A stretch of 64,000 nt of DNA from Magallana gigas (Eukaryota), in contig NC_088858.1 of assembly GCF_963853765.1 (NCBI RefSeq), positions 55,118,001-55,182,000 on the forward strand. Reading direction: 5' to 3'. Positions 1-12,496 of this stretch are shown here, piece by piece (position 1 is the stretch's first letter; every line of letters starts with the position of its first letter). The notes under the pieces were generated by a model. That model saw only the letters and a program-made list of their open reading frames with translations, did not search any database and was not told the origin of the DNA. The translations under genes and the position numbers were made by a program.

Positions 1-2092
1 TTCGTATTCATTACAATAAAACAAAACAAAAAACAGAGAATAGATACATTAAAGGATATCATAGAATTATACTATGAAATGATATAGATTACATCGAACG
101 TTTCCTCCTGGCAAAAAATCAAGGTGCTTTCAAAGCACACCTAAAGATTACAGAAATACGAAATGCAATTCATTGCAATACCAGTTTTTTGCTTTTTTTC
201 ATCTATTGATATAGGTATACTTTTGAGAAGGATATTGCATTTGTTTACCCCTTTGATTATTGCTGCTAATGTGTTGCTTGTGTTTGACTATTATTTAAGA
301 AAATACAATAAATGAGGATTTCCTTTTTGAGTTTTTCATTAATGTAATTAAATACCTACTTTTGATAGATAGAAAGCTTACAGAAAGAACAATAATTTTC
401 ATCTTCAAACTTTCGTTAATAATTTTTATTTATTTTGTTATCCTAAAGACGATTGTCTTTGCTGTCATACACACATTTTGTTTCATTTTTTGACTAACGC
501 TCTATAAATCCAGTTGAGGACAAAGACAAATTTGTCAAATCGAAATGTCGTGTTTACATGGATTTAAAGATAAGTTATTGTTTTTTCCTTGAATCTTTTT
601 ATTCCTCAGCAATATAATAGGGTTTAGCCATCTAAATTCCGTTTTTCAAAGGGCCTATGAAATTGTTCAAAGTTCCAAGTGTCCTTAGCGTTTTCAGTCT
701 TTTCAGACGTCACTGTCTTTGGGCTATTTGTTTAACACGACCAAATCTGAGACGTCATACATAAGTTCGTCAGTATTTTCGAAAAAAAATATCCCCTTTA
801 TCCCAAACCCATGTCATTTTTTTTTTACCAAATCTGTTTAAATTCGTCTTTCAAATATTTCGGCTATACCTCGTGATTTTCGGTGTAATTTCAGAGAGAC
901 TTTTATTGACCCATCAAAAATTCCACTATTCCAATCGTAACGACTGTAAACATGTTTACTAAAAATTGTCAAGGCGTATATATCGCTCACCTGAAGTGCA
1001 AATCTGCTTCGTAATTGACGTTGTGCTTAAGTGTCCAAGTAGCGCAGTGCCAACAAGAGATATCAATATTAGTTGTAGAACCTGCTTATCAATAGTTGTA
1101 AAATAAATAAAGTTCAGTTGTGTTTGCTTTAAAATCTATACTTGTTCCAGGTTTTCACTTAATACTTTTATTCAAAACTACCTTATAATCATTTTAAACT
1201 CATTTGTCGGCCTTTTCTCAGATTAAGAGAAAATGGAATTGTACATTTTTCGAGAATAATTGGTTTTTTTTCTTTTTATTTTTATAAGCTAAAGAGAAAT
1301 GAATGAGGAACGTTAAATGGTGAAAATCTGCTTACATTATCACTGGTCATTATGTTACCTTTTGTATGTAGCATTAGTAAAACAAATGTTCGTACGCCGA
1401 GTTGAATCATTGCTGTTTTCTTCCAAACATTGTTAATTTGCTTTAATCAAATGTTGTTTCGTCCTCAGGCGGAAAAGCATACATATTTTCAATGAATGTT
1501 AATGTACAATTGAGATTCATATAAATCTGGATATGATTTTTCATACGTTTTTTTTTAAATTCTCTTACCTGTATGACTAAGACAAATCGGGATTTTTGTG
1601 TAGGTGTTTTATTCAAAAGTTGATTATTACTCCAAGTACTCTTTTTAGCTTCAAGATTGAAATCTTTGATTCTAAAGGAAGTTCTAATGTTTTTATTTTA
1701 TTGTGTAACCAGGAAATCGTAACAAATAAACCTTCTAAAGCGTCATTGGCCATATGGTCGTGAATACGAAGCATCAAACATGTGTGGCAGCATCCGGGAG
1801 AAAAAGTATAAACAGGGGCTCAATTAAAGAGTTGAAACAAACCCGAATCGTCTGTTAAACTGATCTATCTTTTAACAGTTGGCATCTTCTGAAACAGAGA
1901 TTTCTTTATAAAGTTGCTGCTAAGAGTTGAGAGGTAATGGTTTTATCTTCTTACTTGCGTTTTAAAAAATAGTTTCATAAAAACCATTCAGAATTGATGA
2001 AAGATTTATTACAAGACTTTTGCAATAGATTTTTTTTCAACTGTCAAAATGTCTAGCTACTTTTTCTTAACTGTTTTGCAGATTGACCAAGT

Positions 2093-4130
2093 ATGAAGGT
2101 CCAAGTTATATTTGGAGTAATAATGTGTGCAATTGCATGTTTGGGACAAGAATCGGTTCCGAAAGAAATAATGGAGGACGAAAGACGTAGGTTTTGAATT
2201 TTTTTATGATAACGTTACAAAGATTGTCTTCAAATTTTATTCACATATTAACTTTTTAAAAAGTTACATTTATTGATCTACTCAAAAGGTTCATTTTAAG
2301 TAATCTTTATATGCAACTGATCTAATGTGATCTTCTCACTTGAAAATCCAGTGTACTTGTATATAACGTCTTTCACCAAATCAGTATTTTAAAATGCTAG
2401 CAGGTACCAATGAATGTTAAAACATTTGCTTTAAGTCTTCATGGATTATTTTTTAAAAAAAATAAATATGAAGCAAATAGTGTTCTTTAGATTAAATTTG
2501 TGCTATTTTGCATCTTATTTCTTAATTTAGATTGAATAAATATAAGTTTAAATAAAGGGGTTCAAAGGATATATCATCCAGTGTCTAGTAACCACGCATC
2601 GCATTAGAGAACTAAGAAAATAAAAATCGTATCATAAACAAGAAAGATATTATTCTTACAAATATTTCCATGATTTCTTTTTTTTTTGTCATGAAAGCTT
2701 CTTTTATAAGATGATTGAGCTTGAAATGCACTATTGAATACGTTCCGTTTCAGTGTTTGAAGAACGTGCTATGAATCCAGCGGTGGACAAAGTTAAACCA
2801 AATATCCGTAAGTTATATATCTTTATAATTTAATTCTGATTGTAACGCCTCGTTTGATTGGCTAAACAAATTCATATATATCGTATAACATAACTTGCCT
2901 ACATTACAATAAGACGCGCGTGCAAAACGTATAAATCCGCTTGACGTTACGTTTAAATTTTGTACAAATTAACATATTTTAACTAATTAATGGGCCTTGT
3001 TATCTAATTTAAATAGTAGAAAATTAAATTACATATAAGGAATAAATTTAATTTCTACCTATGTTATACGAGTATAACATAACTTCGCGGTTTATAAAGC
3101 ATAAACTGCCCCAAGTTATGTTATATCGTGTAACATAGGTAGAAATTAAATTCATTCAAAAACAGATAAAATATTTTTAATTTTTCTACTAAATAAAGAC
3201 TTATAATTGATAAGAACTATCCTAATGCAACTCAACTCTAATGAAATCAGTAAAATAAAATATTTCAATAAACATGGATAAATATCTTACACACTTTACG
3301 TTTACCTTTACAGTGCCTTTCTATAAAAGAACCTGCTGTCCAAGAAGGAATGGAATGTAAATCAACCTAGCGACTGGGACATTTTCAGGGAGCGTAGAAG
3401 GTGTATCGTCACCAACATTTCAAGCTCAAAAATCAACGAAGGCCAAATGTAGCTACATGACGACTCTGCGGGCCAACTTCCAAAACCTCACAAGATGTCT
3501 TTATGACTGGCACCACGGCGGATGTGTGTCCTTTCCAATGTGCAAAATGCGCATGCTCAGAATCGATATGTTCTTGGGAAATAATAGAAAGGGATACATG
3601 TTCAATGTAGGAGATAGCCAAAGTAATAATGGATGGGGTAAGACAAAATTCCTTTTGTTAATGATTGTTGATATGCAAATACAACTATGATATTTTGATT
3701 AAAACTGAACCTTTTTTTGAAAGGTGGAGACTCTGGTCATACAAAACATGATGCGGAAATCTTCGGCTATTATCCTACCATTCATGGATATAAATCTGAT
3801 TTTTGCAAATCCGAGAAGTCAACCTGGGCAAACACTCTTTTAAAACCCGGTGTCAGAAGAGTGACCATTTTTGCTGCCAACAACTATGCCAGAATCACCA
3901 ATGACAACGGATTCGAAGTGAAGGGTTGCCACAAGTGTGCTTTTGCTCTCAATGGACAAGACCCGGATGACCGTGCTAACACGCTATACATGGCCTTTAA
4001 CAGGGTGATCGCGGCTAGCAATAGACGAGGAGTTGGGGTGTGTACCGTTAGAATCCGCTGGGAGTGTCCAGATTGTGAGAGATCTATTTTCCCATTTCCT
4101 CTAGGTGACAAAGCAGCTGATGTTGAATAA
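2093..4130 (+). CDS. Uncharacterised secreted Cys-rich protein (~290 aa) with one in-frame TAA (pseudogene, null allele, or rescued by an alternative acceptor)
   Basis: Exons 2093-2186, 2754-2807, 3314-3637, 3724-4130 join through GT-AG junctions with matching phase 1. N-terminus MKVQVIFGVIMCAIACLG-QES looks like a signal peptide; the joined motif is FNVGDSQSNNGWG|GDSGHTKHDAE. In-frame TAA at 3358-3360. Family not recognised by name. Confidence 0.7.
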
Positions 4131-5174
4131 TTTTCATGTGAACAGATAATTATGTTTTCAAAATGTGATCACAATTTTTTATACAAATCTTCATCGACTT
4201 TCTTAAAAAGTTTAAAATCGTATCTCGTAAAAATTATGCACAATTATTGTCAATCAAACTAACAAAATGTTGAATAAATCACTTTTTGTCACAACGAACT
4301 TTGTCTGTTTACATGGCTAAAAAGTATTACTATTACTTTTATCAAATGGTTACTAAGTATATCAGTTCCTCAACAATAAGAAGTGTATTAAGATGTAGTT
4401 GTTTACATCAAAACTATATTGAACATCAACTTGTTCATCGTCATTATAATAATTCCTTAGAATAACAGAACATAACTGTTTTCTCGTTGTTGATATTTTT
4501 TTACTCTACACAGGTTGAAGGCTTACAATTCAGTCAATGTAATGGTATTTGTCACTCCCTGACTTTTACCTTTGGAAATTGTTTATTTTACCAAAATTGT
4601 GTTTATTTTTGCAGCACAGAGGGTATAACTAGTTTATTACTTACCAGCAGGTCCCAAGCTCGAATAAAGCAGGGACATTTGTTTAAGTGAAAAGTAATAA
4701 TGTTTTAAAATTTGATTTTAATCCCAAAATTGAACTTTTTCCATCATTGTCAAGTCAAGTGCAAGCTTGAATTTCATATTCTTTCTGGGGATATGAACAA
4801 TTGGACTTATATTTTTAACTTTGCTAAGGGGTGTGGAGGACCCTTAATGTCAACTGAAAGGTCTTGAAAGCTGACAGAGTGACATTTATATGCCAACAAG
4901 TGATCTTCAAGTTATATTTCAGTTGACTGAACAACTGCGTCTGATTTTTTTGTAATCAAGAGAATAACGAAGTTAGACAGAAGTTACATTTCAGCAGACC
5001 CGATGGCAGAGCTACATCATGCAGTATCAAAAGTCATTAAAAAGACTTTTTGCAACAGTTTGCTATTCTTTAGGCTATCAAAGAAATACGATAAAATATC
5101 AGACAAATAACTTTAATAATCCTCGTATTGTTCGCCTAGTCCTTATGGAAATGATGTTTGTATATGAACGTTGA

Positions 5175-5570
5175 GCGTATGAACAGTTTCTAAGGCGAGG
5201 CAAGCTACTGACAAACAAGTTGATAAAACAGGACTATCAACAGTCTTGTTTGAAGTCATCTTTTCGTATGTTCTATGGTCGATACAACGACCTTGTTAGC
5301 AAATACAATCTTCTACTGGGTCGCATGCTGATTGACGTTTTTCATACTAATTGTTAGACCACAATTAATCATCTAATTGTCTACGGAGTTTTCCGTTTTT
5401 CCCCGATTACGACAAAGTGCACACGGCGGGTGTGACCGTTCAGCAGAGGATGCCCACTCCTCCATGGCACCTGGTCCTACCTCTATCTTTTTGGAGGTCC
5501 GTGTTGCTCTGCTTTGAATTTGTATTTCGCTTTATGGATTATTGAGATGGTTGACAGTTTGTTATTATTT
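5175..5570 (+). mobile_element. 3' fragment of a Penelope-like retroelement (probably Naiad-type): RT C-terminus plus 3' tail
   Basis: 5175-5357 translates AYEQFLRRGKLLTNKLIKQDYQQSCLKSSFRMFYGRYNDLVSKYNLLLGRMLIDVFHTNC*, which resembles the C-terminal end of mollusc PLE RTs. It is followed by a GC-rich tail (GCGGGTGTGACCG...ACTCCTCCATGGCACCTGGTCC). Subfamily assignment is from recall. Confidence 0.55.
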
Positions 5571-6876
5571 TCATTTTTTCATACTTTCCATGATGCGACC
5601 CCAAAAGGAAGTGACACTGTGTGTTTGTTAAGAATTTTCTCAATAAATTTCGATTATAAATATACTAGTTTTACAAAACGAGACAGACATTACATGTTTA
5701 CTCACTTATTCATTGTAAATGTACGTTCAACTGGCGAGAAAACTATGACTGTCTTATAATCTTTCATTATGAAAGATATTCGGATGACGACATTAATCAA
5801 ATTTTAATCATTCTTTATCTAATAGCAAACTTTATCACATCTAATTTCAATTTTTGTAGGACTTTTTTATCAAATAACATGCAGATAGTGTAATCATCAA
5901 TTAACCTATTTGTAGATTTGAACTTTTTTCTTGATTTGTAAAAGTACATAATGCTTTGTTGATAAAATATCTTATCACTCAAAGTTATTCTTATATAATA
6001 ATAAGTGACTTCAATTATAATAAGAAAAATCAAATTGATATGACAGGTGATTGAATGAGAGAACATACGTCCTAATTGCATCCATTATCGTTAACTTTAA
6101 TGATCATGAAAAAAAAATTGACAATCTTCGTAACGATTAATATTCGTGTTGTGATGACGAGTGACGTTTTATCAATATAAAATTTTTAGTAAAACATCGG
6201 TTTTGTGAATGGAATGTTGGTATACCATTCAGCCATCTAGTCAACATATAATATTAAGAGACGATTATCATAGATATTTCGTTATAGAATATGTTTTTTA
6301 TCAAAGGTAATGCATCACGGTAGAAAAATAAATACAACTGCGAACATTAACACTATCTGAATAATAAAGCCGTTTGCAATCAATTTTAGTATCATTTACT
6401 TTTTCTTAGAATATACGATTTCACACTAGCTTTTAAATAAGGAATAAGGAATCATTTTTTGAGTATTATGAGGTGATAATTTTGGTCGGGGCGTGATCAA
6501 ATCCAATAAAGCCCGAAGGCCATCGTACGATTAAATCTTTAAATATAAATAAGCAAACCCCGCCGGCGCCTCAATTTGGCGTCATTTGTATTATGGGTTA
6601 TATAGTACAAAATCGATACGTAGTGTTATCACAGACAAAGACACTGGACAATGTAAATATATGTATTTCATTCATTTAGTTGTAACGCATTATTTTGATT
6701 GTTATCTTATAATGCTTTAAAATATGAAAACACACTAAAAACATTATATCAAGCAAGAAAAAATTAATGGTATTTTACATACGTGTTTTAAATCCATATG
6801 ATTTTGGACCTACAGAACATTATGACGGGGGTTTCCGTCAGAGGCGTTGGTTTAATATGTAACGGTTTTAATACCA

Positions 6877-6877
<1 letters not shown>

Positions 6878-6949
<72 letters not shown>
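6878..6949. repeat. (TA)n microsatellite at the end of the Penelope element
   Basis: Pure TA run, seen directly. Confidence 0.98.
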
Positions 6950-6953
<4 letters not shown>

Positions 6954-7788
6954 TTTAAAACACTGTTTCAAAATATTGCGACCGTCTTACCGGTCTTCAT
7001 CAGTCGGTGTTTATTGTCTATAGCAACACAACGTAGAACATATACTATGACGTCACAATATGAATACAGTCTGGCAAGTGACGTCATACAACAATATTGC
7101 GCCAAAAACATATGAAATATAGGTGAGAGTCTATAGAAAGCACATTGATAGCCGTAATTAGTACATAAACAAGTAATATATGAAAAATGTATTGATAACG
7201 GGACATAAAATATAGAAAATGTCTATTCAAACTAGTAAAAGTAGTCTAAAGACAATAATGTTCCCTTTTGTTGATACCAAAAGGCATATAAGTATTTAAT
7301 TTTTTCTTCCACAAATCTTCTCTGAATTTTCTGTAAGTTTCATCTTTGTACAATTTTTCGATACCTATTACAGAATAATCCTCAACTGTATGTTCGTCAG
7401 TATAAAAATGCATTGCTACAGGGTCGTTAGTTTCTCTCCTGATCAGTGACAAATTTAAAACATGTCTTTGATATAAAGTCACCCCCGTTTCCCCAACATA
7501 TACAATTTTGTTACACTTTTTACAAAACACCCCACAAACAACATTACTTGACTTGCAATCGATATGATTTTTAACTTGATACGTTTTGCCCTTAGAATCT
7601 TGAAATTGGCCAGAACAAATACTATATTTACACATAACACATTTTTTTGCACCACACGGCTCGCATAAGGGTTGTTTTTTTAAAAAAGAGGTTATTATGT
7701 TTCTTATGGACCAATATCTCTTTCACGTTGAAGACCGGTAACACGGTCGAAATATTTTGAAACAGTGTTTTAAAGTGTTTTATTATTC
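6950..7788 (-). mobile_element. 5'-truncated Penelope-like element: CCHH linker plus GIY-YIG endonuclease, with pseudo-LTR and an inverted pLTR fragment
   Basis: ORF 7246-7635 contains CKSSNVVCGVFCKKC..YVGETG.TLYQR..HF...REDLW.KKLNTYMPFGIN, a PLE GIY-YIG signature. Upstream CEPCGGKK/CVMC is broken by a 1-nt frameshift in an A run. 6951-6998 is an inverted repeat of 7729-7776. Confidence 0.88.
6957..7013 (-). ncRNA. Degenerate minimal type I hammerhead ribozyme in the PLE pseudo-LTR
   Basis: Minus strand reads AAACAC-CGA-CTGATGA-A-GACCG(GTAAGA)CGGTC-GCAA-TAT-T-TTG-AAACA-GTGTTT: core CUGAUGA, 5-bp stem II, GAAA mutated to GCAA, palindromic AUAU stem III. The inverted copy at 7729-7776 keeps GAAA but lacks CUGA. 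Confidence 0.7.
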
Positions 7789-7916
7789 NNNNNNNNNNNN
7801 NNNNNNNNNNNNNNNNNNNNNNNNNNNNNNNNNNNNNNNNNNNNNNNNNNNNNNNNNNNNNNNNNNNNNNNNNNNNNNNNNNNNNNNNNNNNNNNNNNNN
7901 NNNNNNNNNNNNNNNN
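7789..7916. other. Assembly gap (N run)
   Basis: Run of N. Confidence 1.
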
Positions 7917-8070
7917 TTATGTGAGGATACACTGCATTTTGTAGAAATGTACAAATGTACAAAACTTGCCAGACCTCTGGAAAGGAATTCTTCTGAAAGA
8001 GCATGCGAGCACAGGTATCACTCGGTGGAAATTGAAATTGATTGCAAAAAATGTCATAGATGCATAAAGA
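7917..8070 (-). pseudogene. Relic of a GRL exon 1 fragment
   Basis: LYASMTFFAINFNFHRVIPVLAC matches INASLTIFAINTNFSPVIPVLAC of the GRL at 12504-13493. The nucleotide similarity to ~12890-13000 is visible by eye. Confidence 0.8.
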
Positions 8071-8080
8071 TGGTGACGCT

Positions 8081-8345
8081 GTGGTGATGCTGTTTCCACA
8101 AAATATGACAGAAAAATGATCGGCGATATTCTACTACAACATTATTTATATGAATTTGATCCCTGCAAACTGTGCAAACACCCATTAAGAACAAGTTGTA
8201 AAAAAGGTTATCATTTTTCTGCCTACAACTACATCAAAATCACCAGTGACAACGAAGTCGAAGTGATGGGTTGTCACACGTTGTACCTGGCTTTTTTAAA
8301 GGTCGATATCGACTAGCAGTAGTCAAGGTAATTTAGTGCATACCA
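8081..8345 (+). pseudogene. Diverged relic of the last exon of the secreted-protein gene
   Basis: FSAYNYIKITSDNEVEVMGCH-TLYLAF matches FAANNYARITNDNGFEVKGCH...TLYMAF (3724-4130), with an internal deletion. Nucleotide similarity starts at the exon start (GTGGTGATGCTG vs GTGGAGACTCTG). Confidence 0.75.
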
Positions 8346-10485
8346 CCAGAAACCTTTGAGAGGGTCTGTGAAATAAAATTAATTTCATAACTACCCTTCG
8401 ATATCAAGCTGGATAAGGTGTTTCAGAGCGATTCACATAAAATCGGGGTATATTAGTAGTTTTTTTTCCAGCATGATTTACTGTATATTCCTAATTTTAT
8501 GCAAGTACATAATTCTGCGATTTTACCTTTTGCATTAAATCGTGGGAACAGAAAATCGCAAACGACAAAATGTTATCATAGTTTCATTTAGTTTACATCA
8601 GTTCTAAAAATTAAAACAAAGAATTTTTAACATTTTTTTAATGCATCAAATTCTCGAAATTCAGTTGTTTTACGTAGCAGAGGTGAGTTTCCAAACCATT
8701 AAATTATTTATAGTAAAAAAGCTGTTTTATTACTATTTAAATTTATTTACCTTCAAAGTGACGATACATTCTCATAGAAAAATCGAATGCATTGCTAATG
8801 CAACGTCAAAGTTGATTCTTCAAACAGATCGTATGAAGTACAGACAAGTGACTTTCTTCATATCGCTGTGAAATCAATCGAAAGCCCTAATATACCCGCG
8901 TTTTACACAAACATTTTTTCCATAAACTGGCTTATAAATTTCTATTCCAAAAAAAAAAAATATTTTAATGTAAAACATTTAAATATAATCAGCAAAAAAA
9001 AACATAATATAGGAAATGCAAAAAAATAATTTTCGAGTAAAAATATATTAGATGAGGAATTTTAATATCTTAAATTTCAAGTCAATTTTTGAATGCTTGA
9101 CTTATCAAATTATGTCATTTGTTTTCATTTGTGATTACTGTTTTCTCGACAATATTGATAAACACAGAGATATTCCTCAGAATTTTTTTAAACATTTTGT
9201 GTTGTCATTTAGCAATGAGAATAGGCTGTCTGTATTTGCACATGTACGAGGGGTCAAATGTGAGGGAGATGTGCGGCCATCTTGACATTTGAGAATAAGA
9301 ACGTAAACATTTCATGAAATGGTTTGTTTCTGCCCGAAACTGGCCAAAAACTGTTGCCAAAAGATATAAAAGCAAGTCCTCCATGTCATTGTGTTTGAAA
9401 AGTATGCATACAAGAACTGGACAATGCCTTTTCAATCACTCAAAACAGTTTTCGAACTTATTTTGAAGATTTAAAAATCTAAAAAAAAAAATATGAAGGG
9501 GTTCATTGGTGTCCTCTCTACAACCATTTTTTGAGAAAAAAGTTCGAAAACTTTGCTAATTTAAGTTGTAACTTTGCCTTAAAATGTCGTTATAAAATAG
9601 CTTTTGATAAAAGGTAATGAACAACGATAACAAAGCAAATATGACCACAAACATTGACACTTTATAACAAACTAGAGTCGTTCGTAAACGATATAATTTA
9701 ACTGCATTTCTATAGAACAATAGACACAATTTCAAACTAACCTTTAAACGAATTTCATTCATTTAGTGGTAAAGCGTTATGTTGATTGTTTGCATACCTT
9801 CTAACAGAGTTTTTTCCTCTTAATTGATTCGTTATGCAAGGGCATTTTCTATGGATGAACTATTTCTGATCCTACCTATCATTTTAGTAAAGTTTGCTTT
9901 GCTCCTGTTTTGTATTTTTTCTTTGTACTTTTGATTTTGAACATTGTTCGTTATTACCACATTTCATTATAATGTTGAAAAATATGAAAAGGCATAATTG
10001 CGCTAAAGCAGACATGGAATTAAATACAGACAAAAACAAAATTGTGTCTTAAAGAATTAAATACAGACAAAAACAATATTGTGTCATAAAGATATGATGT
10101 ATATGTGACGGTGTGCAAGTTATTATGCAGCTTACAAAGAAATAGCTTATAAGAATGAACAACATTTCTACTTAATGAAATGTCTAACATTTCTGTTACA
10201 AAATTGGATTAATTGCACCGAAAAGTATTTTCAAAGAAGAAACAAATTATTTTATTATTCATTATTTCTCATTTCGCTCTAAAAGAAAAAACAAAACAAA
10301 CACACGAAAATATATTAAATGAATTATTTTGTGGTTATCTCAAAGATATAGTACCACCGTAAGTCAGGCCATAGGTGAAGTATATACAGTTTTGGTGTCA
10401 TATCCTAGCCCCAAAAAGAACAAAGTAAAAAAAAGTTGACAAAGATATATTAATCTGTTTATTTCAGAAAAAACTTTCGAAATAT

Positions 10486-12412
10486 CTAGATTCGGAATTG
10501 AAGTAGCAGAAAAAAATATGTCACGAACAATCCAGCAAGCTACAATTCAAAAGAAAAGCAGTGACAAAATAAAAGTAAAAAGTATCCTAACACACTGAAT
10601 TTTTTTCTGATGCAAAACAATCCATTTGAATTATTGATTTAGATGCGTATTTGGATTTAAAATTAGATGTTTACTTACCGTAAGAATCATTTCCTTGGTG
10701 ATTGTGATAATACCGAGTACTGACAGACCAATAGACGGACCGTGAAGTTTGGTCATCAACAGGTTCAACTTTTAAACAGTTGTAAAAAATAATGTGAGAT
10801 AAATGAAATAATACACAATTTTGTTTTGACTTATCTATAGCGTCATGACATGATACAAAGTTGAGTTATTTAACTCTTAGATACAGTTATTTTTTCCTTC
10901 CTGAGAATGCCAGTGTTGTTTTGAGAGACAGGAAGGCTTTATCAAGAAAATACACTCGATTTAAAAAACACAAGACACAATTGTATGACGCAAGTATACT
11001 CTTAAGGTCAAGATCAAGTAAATGACAGGTGTCTACCGGTATATGAAATTCAAGATATAAATTCTTTTAATGATGCTTCATAACAATATCTTTGTTTGAT
11101 AGAGTGTATCGGGGCCTAAATTTAAACATACGAAAAATAATATTTTAAATTGTCATTTTCTATGAAATATAAAGGAAATAAGTAACAAATCTCGGACCTT
11201 TGTCCATTTTTGATGATTGTAATATATCTAGAATGCCTACAGTCCAAAATGACTTTGATGAATTTTGTTTCTCCCTTTTAAAATGATGTCAAATGGAATA
11301 AAGGTATCGGGATGACTTTTTCCATGATTTGGTAAAGAGGTCAAGAAACTGTCTTATTTTCTACATTATATACTAAGGTTTCTCCACCCTTAATGTTTTC
11401 ATGGTTTAATCTGTGTAATATTTGTTTAAATTTGAAGATTAATATGTAAACATTCAAACTGAACTTAAATATTTGTATGTTGCAAATATTTTATTTATGC
11501 TGTAGAAGCAAACACCTGTACACTATTAGGGAAATTATAGTGAAAACTGCTTTACAATCGAACATCACATTTTTAAAAACCGATTTCTATTTAATAAAGC
11601 AATTTTTTTAAAGAAATCAATCGTAATCCTTTATTTTATGTATTTTAACAGTTTAGGGCCATTTAAACTTGCCAGTATGTTTAAAACTTTGAAATAATGA
11701 TTCAAACTCACTGAAAATTAGTACATTTGTAATTCATGATAAATACTATCGAAACCTGCAAAGAAATGTTTACCTTGCCATGTAAAAAATTATGAATTGT
11801 AGTCTCAGTCAAGCTTGCCTATGTATGGTTTTATCAGTTTTTTCAATAAATCAGCTATTTTAACTCAAACTACCTTCTATACATTGATAAACATTAGTGT
11901 CATTTCACTTTACATAGCTTAAAATTTGTTAAACACAAATATAAATCAAGAAATATTGGCAAAACCATGCATCACATAACACTTATAACTGATAACGGTA
12001 AAATATTCCGGATTGCTCACAATGACGTCATGCGACAATCGAAAGACCTTAAAAGTACGGGGAAAATATTTATCAAATCAATTATGAAGTCATAATGGTT
12101 CTAGCACCAAAAAGACACTCCGAGATCATTTACTAGATCTTGACTTTAAACAGTTTTCAGATAACAGTGATTATTGCTGATGGTGGAAGTTAATCAAAAA
12201 TGATCATATATCAAAACGACAACGGAAATGTGTTAACAAACAAAACATTTTCAATATATAGTTGTGTTAAAGTATAGTATACCTCTATCATATCATCAAT
12301 ATTGGTATCATTGACATCGATATTAAAGATCTCTTTAGAAAGCCCATGTGCCTGAAAAACCCAAATGGATAGATAGATGGATATATGGTTAAATAGATGA
12401 TTTAATTTATTT

Positions 12413-12496
<84 letters not shown>

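Noticed and set aside
10345-10400. Candidate GRL1 last exon (FTYGLTY) on the minus strand
   Set aside because: No proper acceptor or QF motif; the correct exon is 10539-10486.
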